Positions 1-9,728 are shown, numbered from the stretch's first letter. The stretch is 32,000 nucleotides of DNA from Dehalococcoidia bacterium (GCA_963665605.1 OY762409.1:3491436-3523435), one strand, 5' to 3'. The notes: a model not told the origin generated them from the letters alone. Numbers and translations: made by a program.

Positions 1-145
1 CGACGGGAATGGTTCTCTCTACGATTCTTTCAACCTCTATGATTTGTGGTGCGACGGCAGCAGCAGGCGCAGTGCCGCACGCGCTCAGTCCAAGCGCTGC
101 AAGAACGAATGCGACAATGACCAGAGTACGTCTGAATCCGGACAC
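1..145 (-). CDS. Lipoprotein, N-terminal fragment (gene continues past the window start)
   Basis: Not in the ORF track because it is partial. The reverse complement of 1-145 reads GTG-SGFRRTLVIVAFVLAALGLSAC-GTAPAAAVAPQIIEVERIVERTIPV. It has a basic n-region, a hydrophobic core and an L-S-A-C lipobox. A GGAGG lies about 10 nt upstream on the minus strand (156-160). Confidence 0.5.
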   Translation of the reverse strand, partial: MSGFRRTLVIVAFVLAALGLSACGTAPAAAVAPQIIEVERIVERTIPV

Positions 146-985
146 TTCTGCTATACCTCCAGTTCAGTGATATTTCATAGCACCAAATTGGCGCATTGAA
201 CTATCACGAACTCTATGACTAACAAACGAGTTTAATATGCACTAATTGTTCTGATCTGTCAACATAAATACTGTCGTATCATGCAGGTTGAAAGGTCAGA
301 GTCGCGGGTGGTAACCTCGGCCCTTCCCAGGCAAGTATTCCTGTGATTTCATGGTCCAACCTGTCGTCAACAGGAGAGCAGAAAGGTGACAACGACGAGA
401 AAACGAAAAGAGTATCAGATTCTGACAAGATACTGCCTATCCAGCCCCCGCACAGGCATTCTGCCGGCACGCTGATTTCTATGAATCCACGTTACAGACA
501 ACCGCAGAGCTACGACATGCAGAGATCCTGCTCGCTAAATTGGTCAATGCGATTCATAGGCGCAGAAATTCCATTAACTCATACCGGCGTGCCAATTTGT
601 CACTACTCCTAGGAAAAGAGACTTGCCGTTGTGAAGGACAACTGTACGGAAAAAGCCGGGCCTATGAATTTAGGTCTGATAGGTCTGACTTCGGTTGTGA
701 TTCCGGAGATCGCAATGGCTGCTGGGAAGCCAGAAGTGACGATGCGTGGGAATATTATTAACATAGGCTAATAGGGCGATGTAAGACGTAAATGGTGAAT
801 GTCGGAAGAATGTCTTCTTTTTCACGGTTCAGACCATCGTATCTGCGAAGCGCCACTTCAGAAAAGTAGAATCAATGTCTATACGGCTTGTATGCACGCT
901 AACCTTGAACAGATGCCAAGGTGCGCCAAGTGCTGCTTCTCGCGTATGCTAAGGGGGGACAGGCTCCACGCCGAATTCACGGGAG

Positions 986-1720
986 ATGGTATTCAGAATG
1001 CCGAATCAGACTGTGTCGTCTGAGTCGATTGATATGAAAGATAGGATGGCGAAAGTTGCAGGAATACTGCTGCTCGCAACTGCTGTGCTCACGATAATCA
1101 TGGTGTATGCTCGCGTGTCTGCCGATGCCGACCGGGCGACTGTGATCCAGTCCCTGCAGGCGATTGCTACTAACCGAGGGATGTTCGGATTGTCGGGAAC
1201 TGCGCGCCTGCTTTCTGGCTTGACGCTCATAGGAGCCGGTCTGGTCCTGCTGCGCACCTGGATTTTCAGGGAGCGCCAGGCGATGCCGATTGTGCCCTAT
1301 GCTCTTGTACTTTCTGGGGCATTCACTGCGGTATCCGGAGCGTGCGCTCTGCTAATAGCCGTCAGCCCGGACCTGAACACATTCGCGGCGGGCACCACTT
1401 CGATGCCTGGTGAAGACACAGCACTTAGCGCAATGTACAGCGTGCGGTGGATTGCAGGCAAAATCGGCTTTACGTTAGCAGGCGTCTCAGTGCTGGTGGC
1501 TGCGCGAGACCAGTGGCGAGCAGGTGGAATGCTGCGAAAATTAGCCCCCGGATCTGCGATTCTGGGGGTTGCTATGCAGTTCATCTGGCTGGATTCAGCG
1601 ACGATACTTCACCCCGTCGTGGGGGCTGCATTCTTCGTGTGGCTACTGATTGCAGGCATTCTGCTGGCGACAGGCAGTGTAGAACGTCAATTCAGAGCAG
1701 TAGATCGTGGGACCGCCTGA
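986..1720 (+). CDS. Integral membrane protein, about 6-7 predicted TM helices (DUF4386-like architecture, tentative)
   Basis: 244-aa ORF with successive hydrophobic segments (AGILLLATAVLTIIMVY, LLSGLTLIGAGLVLL, ALVLSGAFTAVSGACALLIAV, IGFTLAGVSVLVAA, AAFFVWLLIAGILLA). It converges on the MarR gene. The start is uncertain: ATG at 986, 1034 or 1046. Confidence 0.7.
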   Translation: MVFRMPNQTVSSESIDMKDRMAKVAGILLLATAVLTIIMVYARVSADADRATVIQSLQAIATNRGMFGLSGTARLLSGLTLIGAGLVLLRTWIFRERQAMPIVPYALVLSGAFTAVSGACALLIAVSPDLNTFAAGTTSMPGEDTALSAMYSVRWIAGKIGFTLAGVSVLVAARDQWRAGGMLRKLAPGSAILGVAMQFIWLDSATILHPVVGAAFFVWLLIAGILLATGSVERQFRAVDRGTA

Positions 1721-1773
1721 TCAAGATTACCTGCGGTTCCAATAGGGCACTGCGAATTGACCCTTTCGCTCGA

Positions 1774-2256
1774 CTATGAATTCTCGATCGCGCTGTGGTT
1801 GGCGAGGATTCTTTCGATAACCGCAAAGAATATCCCTGTGTCTTCTGTACTTATTCCTTCTGTAAGCCTGTCTTCATGAGCGTGGATTCTGTTCTGGAGT
1901 TCGACACTCAGCGCTAGGCCCGCATCTGTCAGTTGCAGGAACACTATCCGGCGGTCACTCCTTGAGCGACGGCGAGACAGCAACCTTCTATCGACCAATT
2001 TCTTCGCCATGCGACTAATGGCCGATACCTCCACGGGTAGCGCGCGCGCAAGTGCTGTAGCCGTCCATACATGGTCGGCCAGAAAGAGTCTCATCATGGC
2101 GAAATCCATTGGGGTGAGATCGTATGCCGCCAATTCCCGGTTGATACCTCTCGTCACCACCTTGAGTAATGCCCGCGCATTCTCCTCAAGGCCACGGAAG
2201 GACATCGCCGAACCGGAAGCGGATTCCCCATTGGATATGTCTTGCGAATTCGCCAT
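1774..2256 (-). CDS. MarR-family transcriptional regulator
   Basis: Winged-helix MarR pattern: LTPMDFAMMRLF...WTATALARALPVEVSAISRMAKKLVDRRLLSRRRSRSDRRIVFLQLTDAGLAL. The ORF extends to 2295. The ATG at 2256 (MANSQD...) has a GGAG about 9 nt upstream, while the ATG at 2295 has none. Confidence 0.85.
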   Translation of the reverse strand: MANSQDISNGESASGSAMSFRGLEENARALLKVVTRGINRELAAYDLTPMDFAMMRLFLADHVWTATALARALPVEVSAISRMAKKLVDRRLLSRRRSRSDRRIVFLQLTDAGLALSVELQNRIHAHEDRLTEGISTEDTGIFFAVIERILANHSAIENS

Positions 2257-2391
2257 CTGATCAGGCTCCGTGCCAGTGCAGTGCGTCGTTCGCATTCAGA
2301 TGCGTTGTGGCTACGTGTCTCTGAACGCAAGGGATGAACGACCGCTCAGTATGTGCTCTAATCGCTAAGTGTTTCATAATCTCGATATGTG

Positions 2392-2406
2392 TGAATTGGC
2401 AATTCA
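2392..2406. promoter_or_regulatory. Perfect 7-1-7 palindrome TGAATTG-G-CAATTCA, a candidate operator upstream of the MarR gene
   Basis: Checked base by base: 2392-2398 pairs with 2400-2406. It lies in AT-rich DNA about 135 bp upstream of the likely MarR start. MarR-family proteins typically bind pseudo-palindromes in their own upstream regions. Confidence 0.3.
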
Positions 2407-2595
2407 AGCGACTTGTTGTTTCATCAATGCGTACCAGAAATTCGACTGAGGCATATAAATTTGACGCTAGTTCAATATGATGAAGTCTTTATATTTCTAC
2501 TAGCCTGTGCCTTCAGTTGGATACAGGGCACAGTCTACTTCCGAGGCAATTGTGTACGATGCGACCTGAGATGGACTCGGTCCAAGTTCCATGGG

Positions 2596-2916
2596 CTATC
2601 TGACTTGGCCCTTCGAAGCCACGTGACGGAAGGCAATCCGTCGGGAACCTACTGTGAAGATGGCGTCCCCTCCTTTGCCGCTAAGTACCCCTGTGCCTAC
2701 TGTCTGTAACGCGTGTACTCCTATAATTGGTGCCCTTGTTGGTCTACCCTGGAACATCAGGTATTGCTCTGCCCCATATGGTCTGGTCAATGCGATGCTG
2801 AGATAGTCTACATCGTCGTTTACGGCGCCAACAGTACCACTCTGGCATGCTTGCGCCTTGCAAGAATCGAATTTAGTATCGGTATGCTTGTACTTCAGTC
2901 CTTGCTGTCCGCTCAT
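2596..2916 (-). CDS. Hypothetical protein (doubtful ORF in an AT-rich gap)
   Basis: 106-aa ORF whose composition is not the R/S/P-rich type of the antisense artefacts seen elsewhere. It has no recognisable family and no SD sequence upstream of the ATG. Its codons mostly end in A or T, unlike neighbouring genes. Confidence 0.2.
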   Translation of the reverse strand: MSGQQGLKYKHTDTKFDSCKAQACQSGTVGAVNDDVDYLSIALTRPYGAEQYLMFQGRPTRAPIIGVHALQTVGTGVLSGKGGDAIFTVGSRRIAFRHVASKGQVR

Positions 2917-3184
2917 TTGAGGTGCTGCCGAGGTGCGAATTGACAGCGAAAGATTGCTATGCGCAGCTACTCGGCGCTAACTATGCCATTGCACCTCATG
3001 GCAGGAGTCCTCCCGATAACCTGGTCATTCCCTGTCTGTCATGTCTCGGCGCATACGGCTGTGGCAGCTTGCACAGTCTCGTCGGACTGCTGCCCTAGGA
3101 TTATTGACGGCACCCGCCTCAGTGCGTACTATCGGCAGCAGCAGTACAGGGCATCACTTCGAGGTTGCAATCAGGAGGTAGCGA

Positions 3185-4750
3185 GTGAAGTACGACTACA
3201 TCGTCATCGGCGCAGGTTCGGCGGGAGCAATCCTTGCCACAAGGCTCTCTGAAGACCCAAACATCTCGGTGCTTCTGCTGGAAGCGGGTCAGGACTATCC
3301 GGACATTGACAGCCTGCCAGAGGAAGTCAGGCACAGCTACGAGTCCACAAAGAGCATCTGGGACAGTGACCACAACTGGCAGTACACGGCGCGCGGCACC
3401 TCGGAGGCCGAGATTGAGATTCCACGAGGCAAGGTGACCGGCGGCTCCAGCGCCATCAACGGTACGGTCTTCCTGCGCGGCATCCCTGAGGACTACGACA
3501 ACTGGGCGGAATGGGGCAACGACGAGTGGAACTTCCAGCAGCTTGTACCCTACTTCAACAAGCTGGAGACCGACACTACCTACCAGGACGACCCCGGTGA
3601 CTTCCACGGCGCCAACGGCCCAATCATCTGCCGCCGCTTCATGCAGGACGAATGGCGTGAGGGCAACAAAGCCTGGTTCGAGGCATGGCGGGAGAGTGGT
3701 CAAGGTTACTGCGAGGACCATAATGCGCCCGGCACAACGGGTGTTGGTCCCATACCCCTGAACAATCCCAATGGCATCCGCTGGTCCACGTCCATCGGAT
3801 ATCTTGGCCTCTCGCGCCACCGCCTGAATCTCACCATCAGGGCGAACGTGACCGTCAAGAAGGTTCTCTTCGATACTACCGGTGACAGCCCCAGGGCGAC
3901 GGGAGTCGAGGCGGTCTCTGACGAAGAATCCTTCGTCGTTGAGGCTGATGAGATCATCCTGAGCGCAGGCGCGATTGGTTCACCACAGATACTCATGCTC
4001 TCGGGCATTGGTCCGAGCGACCACCTCAGAGAACACGGCATTCGGACGGTAATCGACTCGCCCGGAGTGGGACAGAACCTAGCCGACCATCCCCTCCTCA
4101 GTATCCTGTGGGCGACGAAGCCGGACGTCGAGTTAGAGCGCTTCGTGCCCAACGCTCAGCTTGTCGTGCGTTACTCTGCCGAAGGCTCGCCTCTTGAGAA
4201 CGACATGATCGTGTATCTCTCAGCCGCCTCCGGGGTAGATCGCAAGCACGGCGGAGCGCACACCGACGTCGTTGGAATGGGCGCCGGCCTCGGGCTAAAC
4301 CTGGCGCACTCCAAGGGCGAGTTGCGACTTCGTTCCGGCGACTACCGGGACCATCCTTACCTCGATTACAACCTCCTGGACCACGAGGAAGACCTGCGCA
4401 GGTACAGAGATGGTGTGCGCCTGGTGGTCAGCCTCGAAGATCATCCGGCAATGGCTGCTATGATCGACAAGAGGGTCTATCCGGAGGATTCAGATCTGGA
4501 GTCGGACGATGCGCTGGACCTATGGATGAAGACGTGGGTTGGGACGGGCCACCATATCTCCTGCACCGCCAAAATGGGACCGAGGTCAGACCCGATGGCC
4601 GTCGTGGATCAGTACGGCAAGGTTTACGGCGCGGAGGGACTGAGGGTGGTGGACGCATCCATCATGCCTGAGTGCGTCCGCGCAAATATCAACGTCACCG
4701 TGTTGATGATTGGCGAGCGCATCGCAGACCTCATCAAGCAGGGGAAGTGA
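3185..4750 (+). CDS. GMC-family FAD-dependent oxidoreductase (choline/alcohol dehydrogenase-like)
   Basis: N-terminal FAD fold YDYIVIGAGSAGAILATRLSEDPNISVLLLEAG. GMC signature GKVTGGSSAINGTVFLRG. C-terminal active-site region GTGHHISCTAKMG...VVDASIMP. GTG start with AGGAGG 6 nt upstream. Confidence 0.95.
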   Translation: MKYDYIVIGAGSAGAILATRLSEDPNISVLLLEAGQDYPDIDSLPEEVRHSYESTKSIWDSDHNWQYTARGTSEAEIEIPRGKVTGGSSAINGTVFLRGIPEDYDNWAEWGNDEWNFQQLVPYFNKLETDTTYQDDPGDFHGANGPIICRRFMQDEWREGNKAWFEAWRESGQGYCEDHNAPGTTGVGPIPLNNPNGIRWSTSIGYLGLSRHRLNLTIRANVTVKKVLFDTTGDSPRATGVEAVSDEESFVVEADEIILSAGAIGSPQILMLSGIGPSDHLREHGIRTVIDSPGVGQNLADHPLLSILWATKPDVELERFVPNAQLVVRYSAEGSPLENDMIVYLSAASGVDRKHGGAHTDVVGMGAGLGLNLAHSKGELRLRSGDYRDHPYLDYNLLDHEEDLRRYRDGVRLVVSLEDHPAMAAMIDKRVYPEDSDLESDDALDLWMKTWVGTGHHISCTAKMGPRSDPMAVVDQYGKVYGAEGLRVVDASIMPECVRANINVTVLMIGERIADLIKQGK

Positions 4751-4940
4751 TGTCCGGTGCCTGACGCATCACTCTGGAGGAATACAGTCTGTGCAAAGCA
4801 CGGAGCGCAACGGAGGGGTGGTCGGATAATCAAGGCTTGGAGTATCCGAGTGGGACGGATATATTCTAGGTGTGCACGCATCCGCGAGGTGGGAGATGTC
4901 CCTGATTGTTGCCAAGTTGCCAGTGGCCGTACTGCGAAGC

Positions 4941-6323
4941 CTATGATAGACGTCTCAGTCGTCCCTGGGTCAGCAGCACAATAACCATGATCGCAATGAG
5001 CGCGAAGCCCATGAATCCGATGACCGTCTGGCCACCCAGATAGTCGGTGAGGAACCCAGCGGGCGTGATGCTGAGTGGCATCAGGCCGTAATTGAGCATG
5101 AACAGGCTCATGATTCTCCCGCGATACTCCGGGTTAGCCTTTTCGATTATCAGCGTCTGATTGAGAGCCTGACGTCCCGAGTCGCCAATGCCCAGAAGAA
5201 TCATGATGACGGCGGCAATGTTGTAAACGGGAATCGCAGCAATCAACACGAGGCCGACACCAGACATTATGGTCGCTATTATCAGGCCCATGCCCCTGTA
5301 TCGCTGGCCCATAGACGCTACATAAAGTGAGCCGAACATTGAGCCCATTCCCATCAGTCCGACGAGAAGTCCCATGGAATCGGGGCCCTGCCGGTAGATG
5401 TCAACGACGAACACGGGCAGGATAAACCGGAAGGGCATCGCAAGCATTGTCGCGGCCAGTCCCATTAGGAGCAGCACGAGAAGGATTCGGCGTTGCCACA
5501 CGTGAGTTATGCCATCAGCGATGTCACGGAGCATATCCGTCTTGCCTGAAGTTGTCCCCGCCGAACCTGTCTTGGGTAGGAACGAGGTGAGGACAACCGC
5601 TGCCAGGGTTAACGCGCCAATGAGATAGAAGACGTTCCAGGGTCCGACCAGCGCGTATATACCACCTGCTAGCGCGGGCGCGGCCATTGTGGTAGCACTG
5701 ATGCCAGCCGCGTTCAATGCCATCGCATTCGTCAGCTTTTCCGACCCAACAAGCTGGGGAATTATCGCCTGTCTCGCGGGCATCATGAATGCCCAAAGCC
5801 CGCCCGTAACCATTGATGAGATCAGGAGGTGCTGCCAGGCGATAACCTCGAAATCGATCGCGAGACCGATCACCAGAGACAGACAGCCTGCGACGAGCTG
5901 TGCAACCTGAATGATAGTTTTCTTCTCGAACCTGTCCGCTACCACACCACCGAAGAGGGGAATGGTCAGCATGGGGACAGCGATGCCCAGATTGATGATG
6001 CCGAGCACTGAGGCAGAGCCGGTTATGTCATATACGAGATAGCTCTGTGCCAGCATCTGCATCTGTGTCCCCGCCATGAGGAACAGCATCCCGACCCACA
6101 GAAATAGGAAGTTACGATTGGAGAGCGAGTCAAATGTAGTTAGCCTGGGGCCACGCGGGAGTCGCACAGAAATGCCGGCTCTGAGCGCGCTGGATGTCGC
6201 GCCTCTGGCTGAGTGCAGGGGTTCTCCGGCGCCGTCTGCCGCCGCATGACTCACCGCGCGTTCCGCGGCCACGGAAGAAACCGCCAGTGCTGAGTTCTGA
6301 ATAGGCGGCGAAGAATCTGACAT
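4941..6323 (-). CDS. MFS transporter (MFS_3/EntS-like by N-terminal motif)
   Basis: 460 aa, about 12 hydrophobic helices, with LSNRNFLFLWVGMLFLMAG at the first helix. The roughly 60-aa Ala/Ser-rich N-terminal extension has no SD before the ATG at 6323, so the true start may be internal. Confidence 0.85.
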   Translation of the reverse strand: MSDSSPPIQNSALAVSSVAAERAVSHAAADGAGEPLHSARGATSSALRAGISVRLPRGPRLTTFDSLSNRNFLFLWVGMLFLMAGTQMQMLAQSYLVYDITGSASVLGIINLGIAVPMLTIPLFGGVVADRFEKKTIIQVAQLVAGCLSLVIGLAIDFEVIAWQHLLISSMVTGGLWAFMMPARQAIIPQLVGSEKLTNAMALNAAGISATTMAAPALAGGIYALVGPWNVFYLIGALTLAAVVLTSFLPKTGSAGTTSGKTDMLRDIADGITHVWQRRILLVLLLMGLAATMLAMPFRFILPVFVVDIYRQGPDSMGLLVGLMGMGSMFGSLYVASMGQRYRGMGLIIATIMSGVGLVLIAAIPVYNIAAVIMILLGIGDSGRQALNQTLIIEKANPEYRGRIMSLFMLNYGLMPLSITPAGFLTDYLGGQTVIGFMGFALIAIMVIVLLTQGRLRRLS

Positions 6324-6552
6324 GAGACAAAGCTACTCAATACCCGGTGACAAAGCAATAGAAGCTGCGGCGCGTAGAGAGGCGTGTCCTTGACCACCTG
6401 AGCAGTTCTGGGTTAGATTCAACGCCATATCCAGTTGACGGAAGACTATTCTGCGGAGCACGCTGTTCGCGCGTGCCACGCTCCGACTTTCGGCAGGCCA
6501 ACTAACCTCAGCATCACGCTACTTTGCAGATCACCAGAGAAGGAGAATCATC

Positions 6553-7314
6553 ATGCCGTTCTACGAAAGTGGCTCCAGCCGTATCTACTATGAAGAAGTT
6601 GGGTCGGGATTCCCTCTACTGATAATTCCGGGCGGAGGGCTTAATTCCACCGTGGCGTCGCTTGATACCTCGGTGCCCTTCAACCCAATGAAGACTTACC
6701 GGGACGACTTCCGATGTATCGCCGCCGACCTGCGCAATGCTGATCTGGGGCAGTCCAGCGGACCACTGGAGATCGACGGGCCCTGGGATGCCTACTCAGA
6801 AGACCAGCTTGGTTTGATGGACCATCTGGGCATTGATGAGTTCCTGGTCATGGGCTTCTGCATAGGCGGGCCGATGATCCACAATCTACTCAAATTAGCC
6901 CCGGAGCGCATCGTCGCGGCAGCAATGATGCAACCCAGCGGCTTCAATCCGGAAGCGCCGGATATTTTCTATCAGAACAATACAGCGCGGTGGGGGCCAC
7001 CACTCTGCGAAAGGCGTTCAGAAATCACATCGGGCATGGTCCACGACTTCCTGACCAGCATGTACACTGACCGCGCAGATTTCGTTTTCACCGTTTCCTG
7101 CGATTTCGTGCGTAACCTGCAGACTCCACTGCTGATAGCACCAGACGATGTGCCTGCGCACCCATACGCCTGCGCGATGGAGGTTGCCGATCTCGCCCCG
7201 AACTCCGAGGTTACTATCTTTCCATGGAAGGACTCGCAGGAGCACATCGACGAGGTCGTAACCCACGCCCGGCGTTTCCTGAAGACCCATGAGCCGGTAG
7301 CTGCGACTACCTAA
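6553..7314 (+). CDS. Alpha/beta-fold hydrolase with Cys in the nucleophile elbow
   Basis: YYEEVGSGFPLLIIPGGG oxyanion region. The elbow reads VMGFCIGGP (G-x-C-x-G), like the Cys nucleophile of dienelactone hydrolase. GAAGGAG RBS. Confidence 0.85.
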   Translation: MPFYESGSSRIYYEEVGSGFPLLIIPGGGLNSTVASLDTSVPFNPMKTYRDDFRCIAADLRNADLGQSSGPLEIDGPWDAYSEDQLGLMDHLGIDEFLVMGFCIGGPMIHNLLKLAPERIVAAAMMQPSGFNPEAPDIFYQNNTARWGPPLCERRSEITSGMVHDFLTSMYTDRADFVFTVSCDFVRNLQTPLLIAPDDVPAHPYACAMEVADLAPNSEVTIFPWKDSQEHIDEVVTHARRFLKTHEPVAATT

Positions 7315-7401
7315 ATATCCGGCGCCGCTGAGGCTCACGAGTTCTTAGTGGGCAGTGGGAAGGATCGGGAGATCTGCCAATTGGCCGGGAGCGACGGTAG
7401 T

Positions 7402-8172
7402 TCAGTTCGTTCTCCACTGCTCGGCATCGTCTTTGGGTTCGTACCCTATCAGATCGCGCGAGTTCGAGATGTCCCAGATGCGCCAGGTATTGTTGGATAC
7501 GCCGTAGAAGATCGCGAACCTGACGGTATCGGGTGCATCTATGCACTTGCTCACTAACTGCACCAGGTCGCGGTGTGACAGCAGGGTGGCGAAATGTCGA
7601 AGGTCTTGCGGTCTGCCCTCGCGGTTCAACGTTCCAATTCGAAGGCAGATTACTGACAGGCCGAAGTGGTCGGAGTAGTATCGTCCCGCCGCCTCTCCGA
7701 ACGCTTTGCCGATTCCGTAGGGTCCGTCCGGCCGTATGGGCATGTCCGCTGTCACGCGAGGGAAGGTCGCCGGGTCCAGTCCGTCATACCTGCCGGCAAC
7801 TATGGATGCGTAAGGCTCGTCCTCCTCGTAGTTGCCGGTCGCATGGTTGGAGCTGGCGAATATCACGCGCTTTGCCCCGGCCCGTCGAGCGGCCTCAAGC
7901 GCGTTATATGTCGAAGGCAGGTTGTTCCGATAAACGACATCCCAGGGGCTGTCCTGGTCCGGCACGCTGGCGAGATCGATTACCGTGTCCACCCCGTCAT
8001 AGGCAGGCAGCACAGCATCGAGATCGGAAGTGTCGGCAACCAGGCTGGTAAAGCCGTCCGCTGCCCTGATATCTACACCGGTTACATTGTGCGAGTCCTT
8101 AAGGCCGTTCTGGAGCAGTCCTCCTATGAGTCCGGCCGCTCCCGTTATTAGCACGTTTTTCCCGTCAGGCAT
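7402..8172 (-). CDS. NAD-dependent epimerase/dehydratase-family SDR, uronate dehydrogenase (Udh)-like
   Basis: VLITGAAGLIGG Rossmann motif, RVIFASSNHATGNY, catalytic YxxxK in RPDGPYGIGKAFGE, and C-terminal LIGYEPKDDAE. This closely follows the Udh pattern as I recall it. Confidence 0.85.
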   Translation of the reverse strand: MPDGKNVLITGAAGLIGGLLQNGLKDSHNVTGVDIRAADGFTSLVADTSDLDAVLPAYDGVDTVIDLASVPDQDSPWDVVYRNNLPSTYNALEAARRAGAKRVIFASSNHATGNYEEDEPYASIVAGRYDGLDPATFPRVTADMPIRPDGPYGIGKAFGEAAGRYYSDHFGLSVICLRIGTLNREGRPQDLRHFATLLSHRDLVQLVSKCIDAPDTVRFAIFYGVSNNTWRIWDISNSRDLIGYEPKDDAEQWRTN

Positions 8173-8395
8173 GTGGTTCTCCCTCGAATCCGTGATCGTC
8201 TGGAGTCATTCCGGCATTTGGGCCGGGTGCAGGTCATACGATGGTGAAGAGTTCTCTCCTATGTGACATGGCGGTTCGCTGGGATGAGAGACCTCATGGT
8301 ATCTTTCATCAGAGTACCCACCAAGCGCCCGTGGTTACTATATCAAACGCCTTACGCTTCAGACTACGAATATCACGAGACAAGGAGGAGACAAG

Positions 8396-9253
8396 ATGCT
8401 TGCGGACCTGGTTGAAGTCACGACACCTGATGGAATCCCGCTGAGTGGCGCCTATTTCGCGCCGACAAGCACGGGTCGCTCACATTCGATAGATGCCATA
8501 CTGTTCTTTCATGGCGATGGCGGCAACTTCTACAGCAGCCTTTATCTCTGGATGGGGCAGCGCATGTCGGAACAGGGCATAGCGTTCCTGACAGCCAACC
8601 GCAGGGGCCACGACCACATCGCTGCCGGTGCAAGAGGAGGGCCGCTAGCGGGATATGCCTTCGAGTCTGTTGATGACTCGCGAGCGGACTTCGGAGCGTG
8701 GCTTGACTTGCTGCGTGAGAGGGGGCACCGCCGCATAGCCATCGGAGGGCACAGCGGTGGAGCCGTGCGTGCCGCCTATGCGCAGGCACGGGAGAAGTTC
8801 GCAAATGTAGTGGCGGTGATACCGGTGTCTCCCGGCGAGTATGACCACGAAGGAATTATTGCACTGCACGGGGATGACTTCGCGGAGCCGTTTGGGGAGT
8901 CTGAGCGGAACATCGCTGAGGGCCGCCCGGATACGCTGCTTCGTCCAGGAGTTCCCTGGGGGTCAACGTGGAGTGCGCGCTCCTTTGTGGACTGCTTCAA
9001 TCGGGACAACCGATACAGCGTGACCACCCACGGGGCAAACACGGGTTGCCCAACGCTGTTCATATTCGGCTCCGAAGAATGCGCCGTCGGTGGACAGCAG
9101 GAGCTTCCGGTGTGCGGCGCTGCGCGACGAAGCCTCGGTGCTGCGGGCTACGCGCACGTGGACGTAGTGGAAATTGACGGAGCCAATCACGGATACTTAG
9201 AACGTGAACAACAACTGTTTGAGACGATGTTTTCTTGGATCGGCGGGCTATGA
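8396..9253 (+). CDS. Alpha/beta-fold hydrolase
   Basis: ILFFHGDGGNFYS oxyanion region, GGHSGGA nucleophile elbow (GxSxG), conserved late GANHGY. AGGAGG RBS upstream. Confidence 0.85.
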   Translation: MLADLVEVTTPDGIPLSGAYFAPTSTGRSHSIDAILFFHGDGGNFYSSLYLWMGQRMSEQGIAFLTANRRGHDHIAAGARGGPLAGYAFESVDDSRADFGAWLDLLRERGHRRIAIGGHSGGAVRAAYAQAREKFANVVAVIPVSPGEYDHEGIIALHGDDFAEPFGESERNIAEGRPDTLLRPGVPWGSTWSARSFVDCFNRDNRYSVTTHGANTGCPTLFIFGSEECAVGGQQELPVCGAARRSLGAAGYAHVDVVEIDGANHGYLEREQQLFETMFSWIGGL

Positions 9254-9728
9254 CGGGCTGTGATCAACTATAAGCCCTGACACCGTCTCAAGAGTCCATC
9301 CTATCGAATCTGATCCGCCTCGGAATCGCACCTGCCTGACGGATTCACTTTGCTGGCTTTTGCAATGTACGTCTGCCCTCTGATCGCCTTCGGGTGGCAC
9401 GATCAGACCGTTAGAATCGAGAACGCCATCCCTCCTTTGGGAAACGCGGAGAGCTATTGAGTCGCGCCGTAATTTCTTACACCTGATGCGGGGTAGCGCA
9501 GCGGCGTAACTCAGTTGTGTTGGTACATTGCGAGCATCCTTTGCGAATGCAATATTTGCTCCTTTACAGAGATTTTGGTCGGCTGTAAAATCACAAGGGC
9601 GCAGAGTACGGGCGACAATCATTCGCTTATGTAAGGCTTGCTCAAGATTCACCTCCATCTATGCCGTTCGTCGAACTCGCATCTAATCGGGTCTTAGTAA
9701 CCCTACCTTCGAAAATTCAGCACGGGGA

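Noticed and set aside
343-1023. ORFs 343-612, 540-761 and 799-1023 in the first AT-rich gap
   Set aside because: They have implausible compositions, no RBS, mutual overlap and no recognisable motif. I treat the region as non-coding or unknown.
3119-3820. Long antisense or out-of-frame ORFs nested inside strong genes, e.g. 3119-3820(-), 7533-8051(+), 7666-8151(+), 10106-10615(-), 12482-13093(-), 21063-21578(-), 26987-27607(+), 27731-28276(+), 31181-31684(-)
   Set aside because: Their products are Arg/Ser/Pro/Gly-rich and low in complexity, as expected for off-frame reading of GC-rich genes. They have no SD sequences, and each fully overlaps an ORF with clear family motifs.
9488-9515. tRNA-like D-arm string GGGGTAGCGCAGCGGCG
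   Set aside because: No downstream T-arm (GTTCGAATC-like) and no acceptor-stem complement is present. It is a chance resemblance.
9248-9658. 136-aa minus-strand ORF in the gap upstream of the RND gene
   Set aside because: It has no SD before its ATG, its 3' end overlaps the hydrolase gene's stop, its composition is rich in Arg, Ser and Gln, and it has no motif. It is more likely promoter or leader DNA for the RND-SMT unit, though I cannot exclude a real gene.
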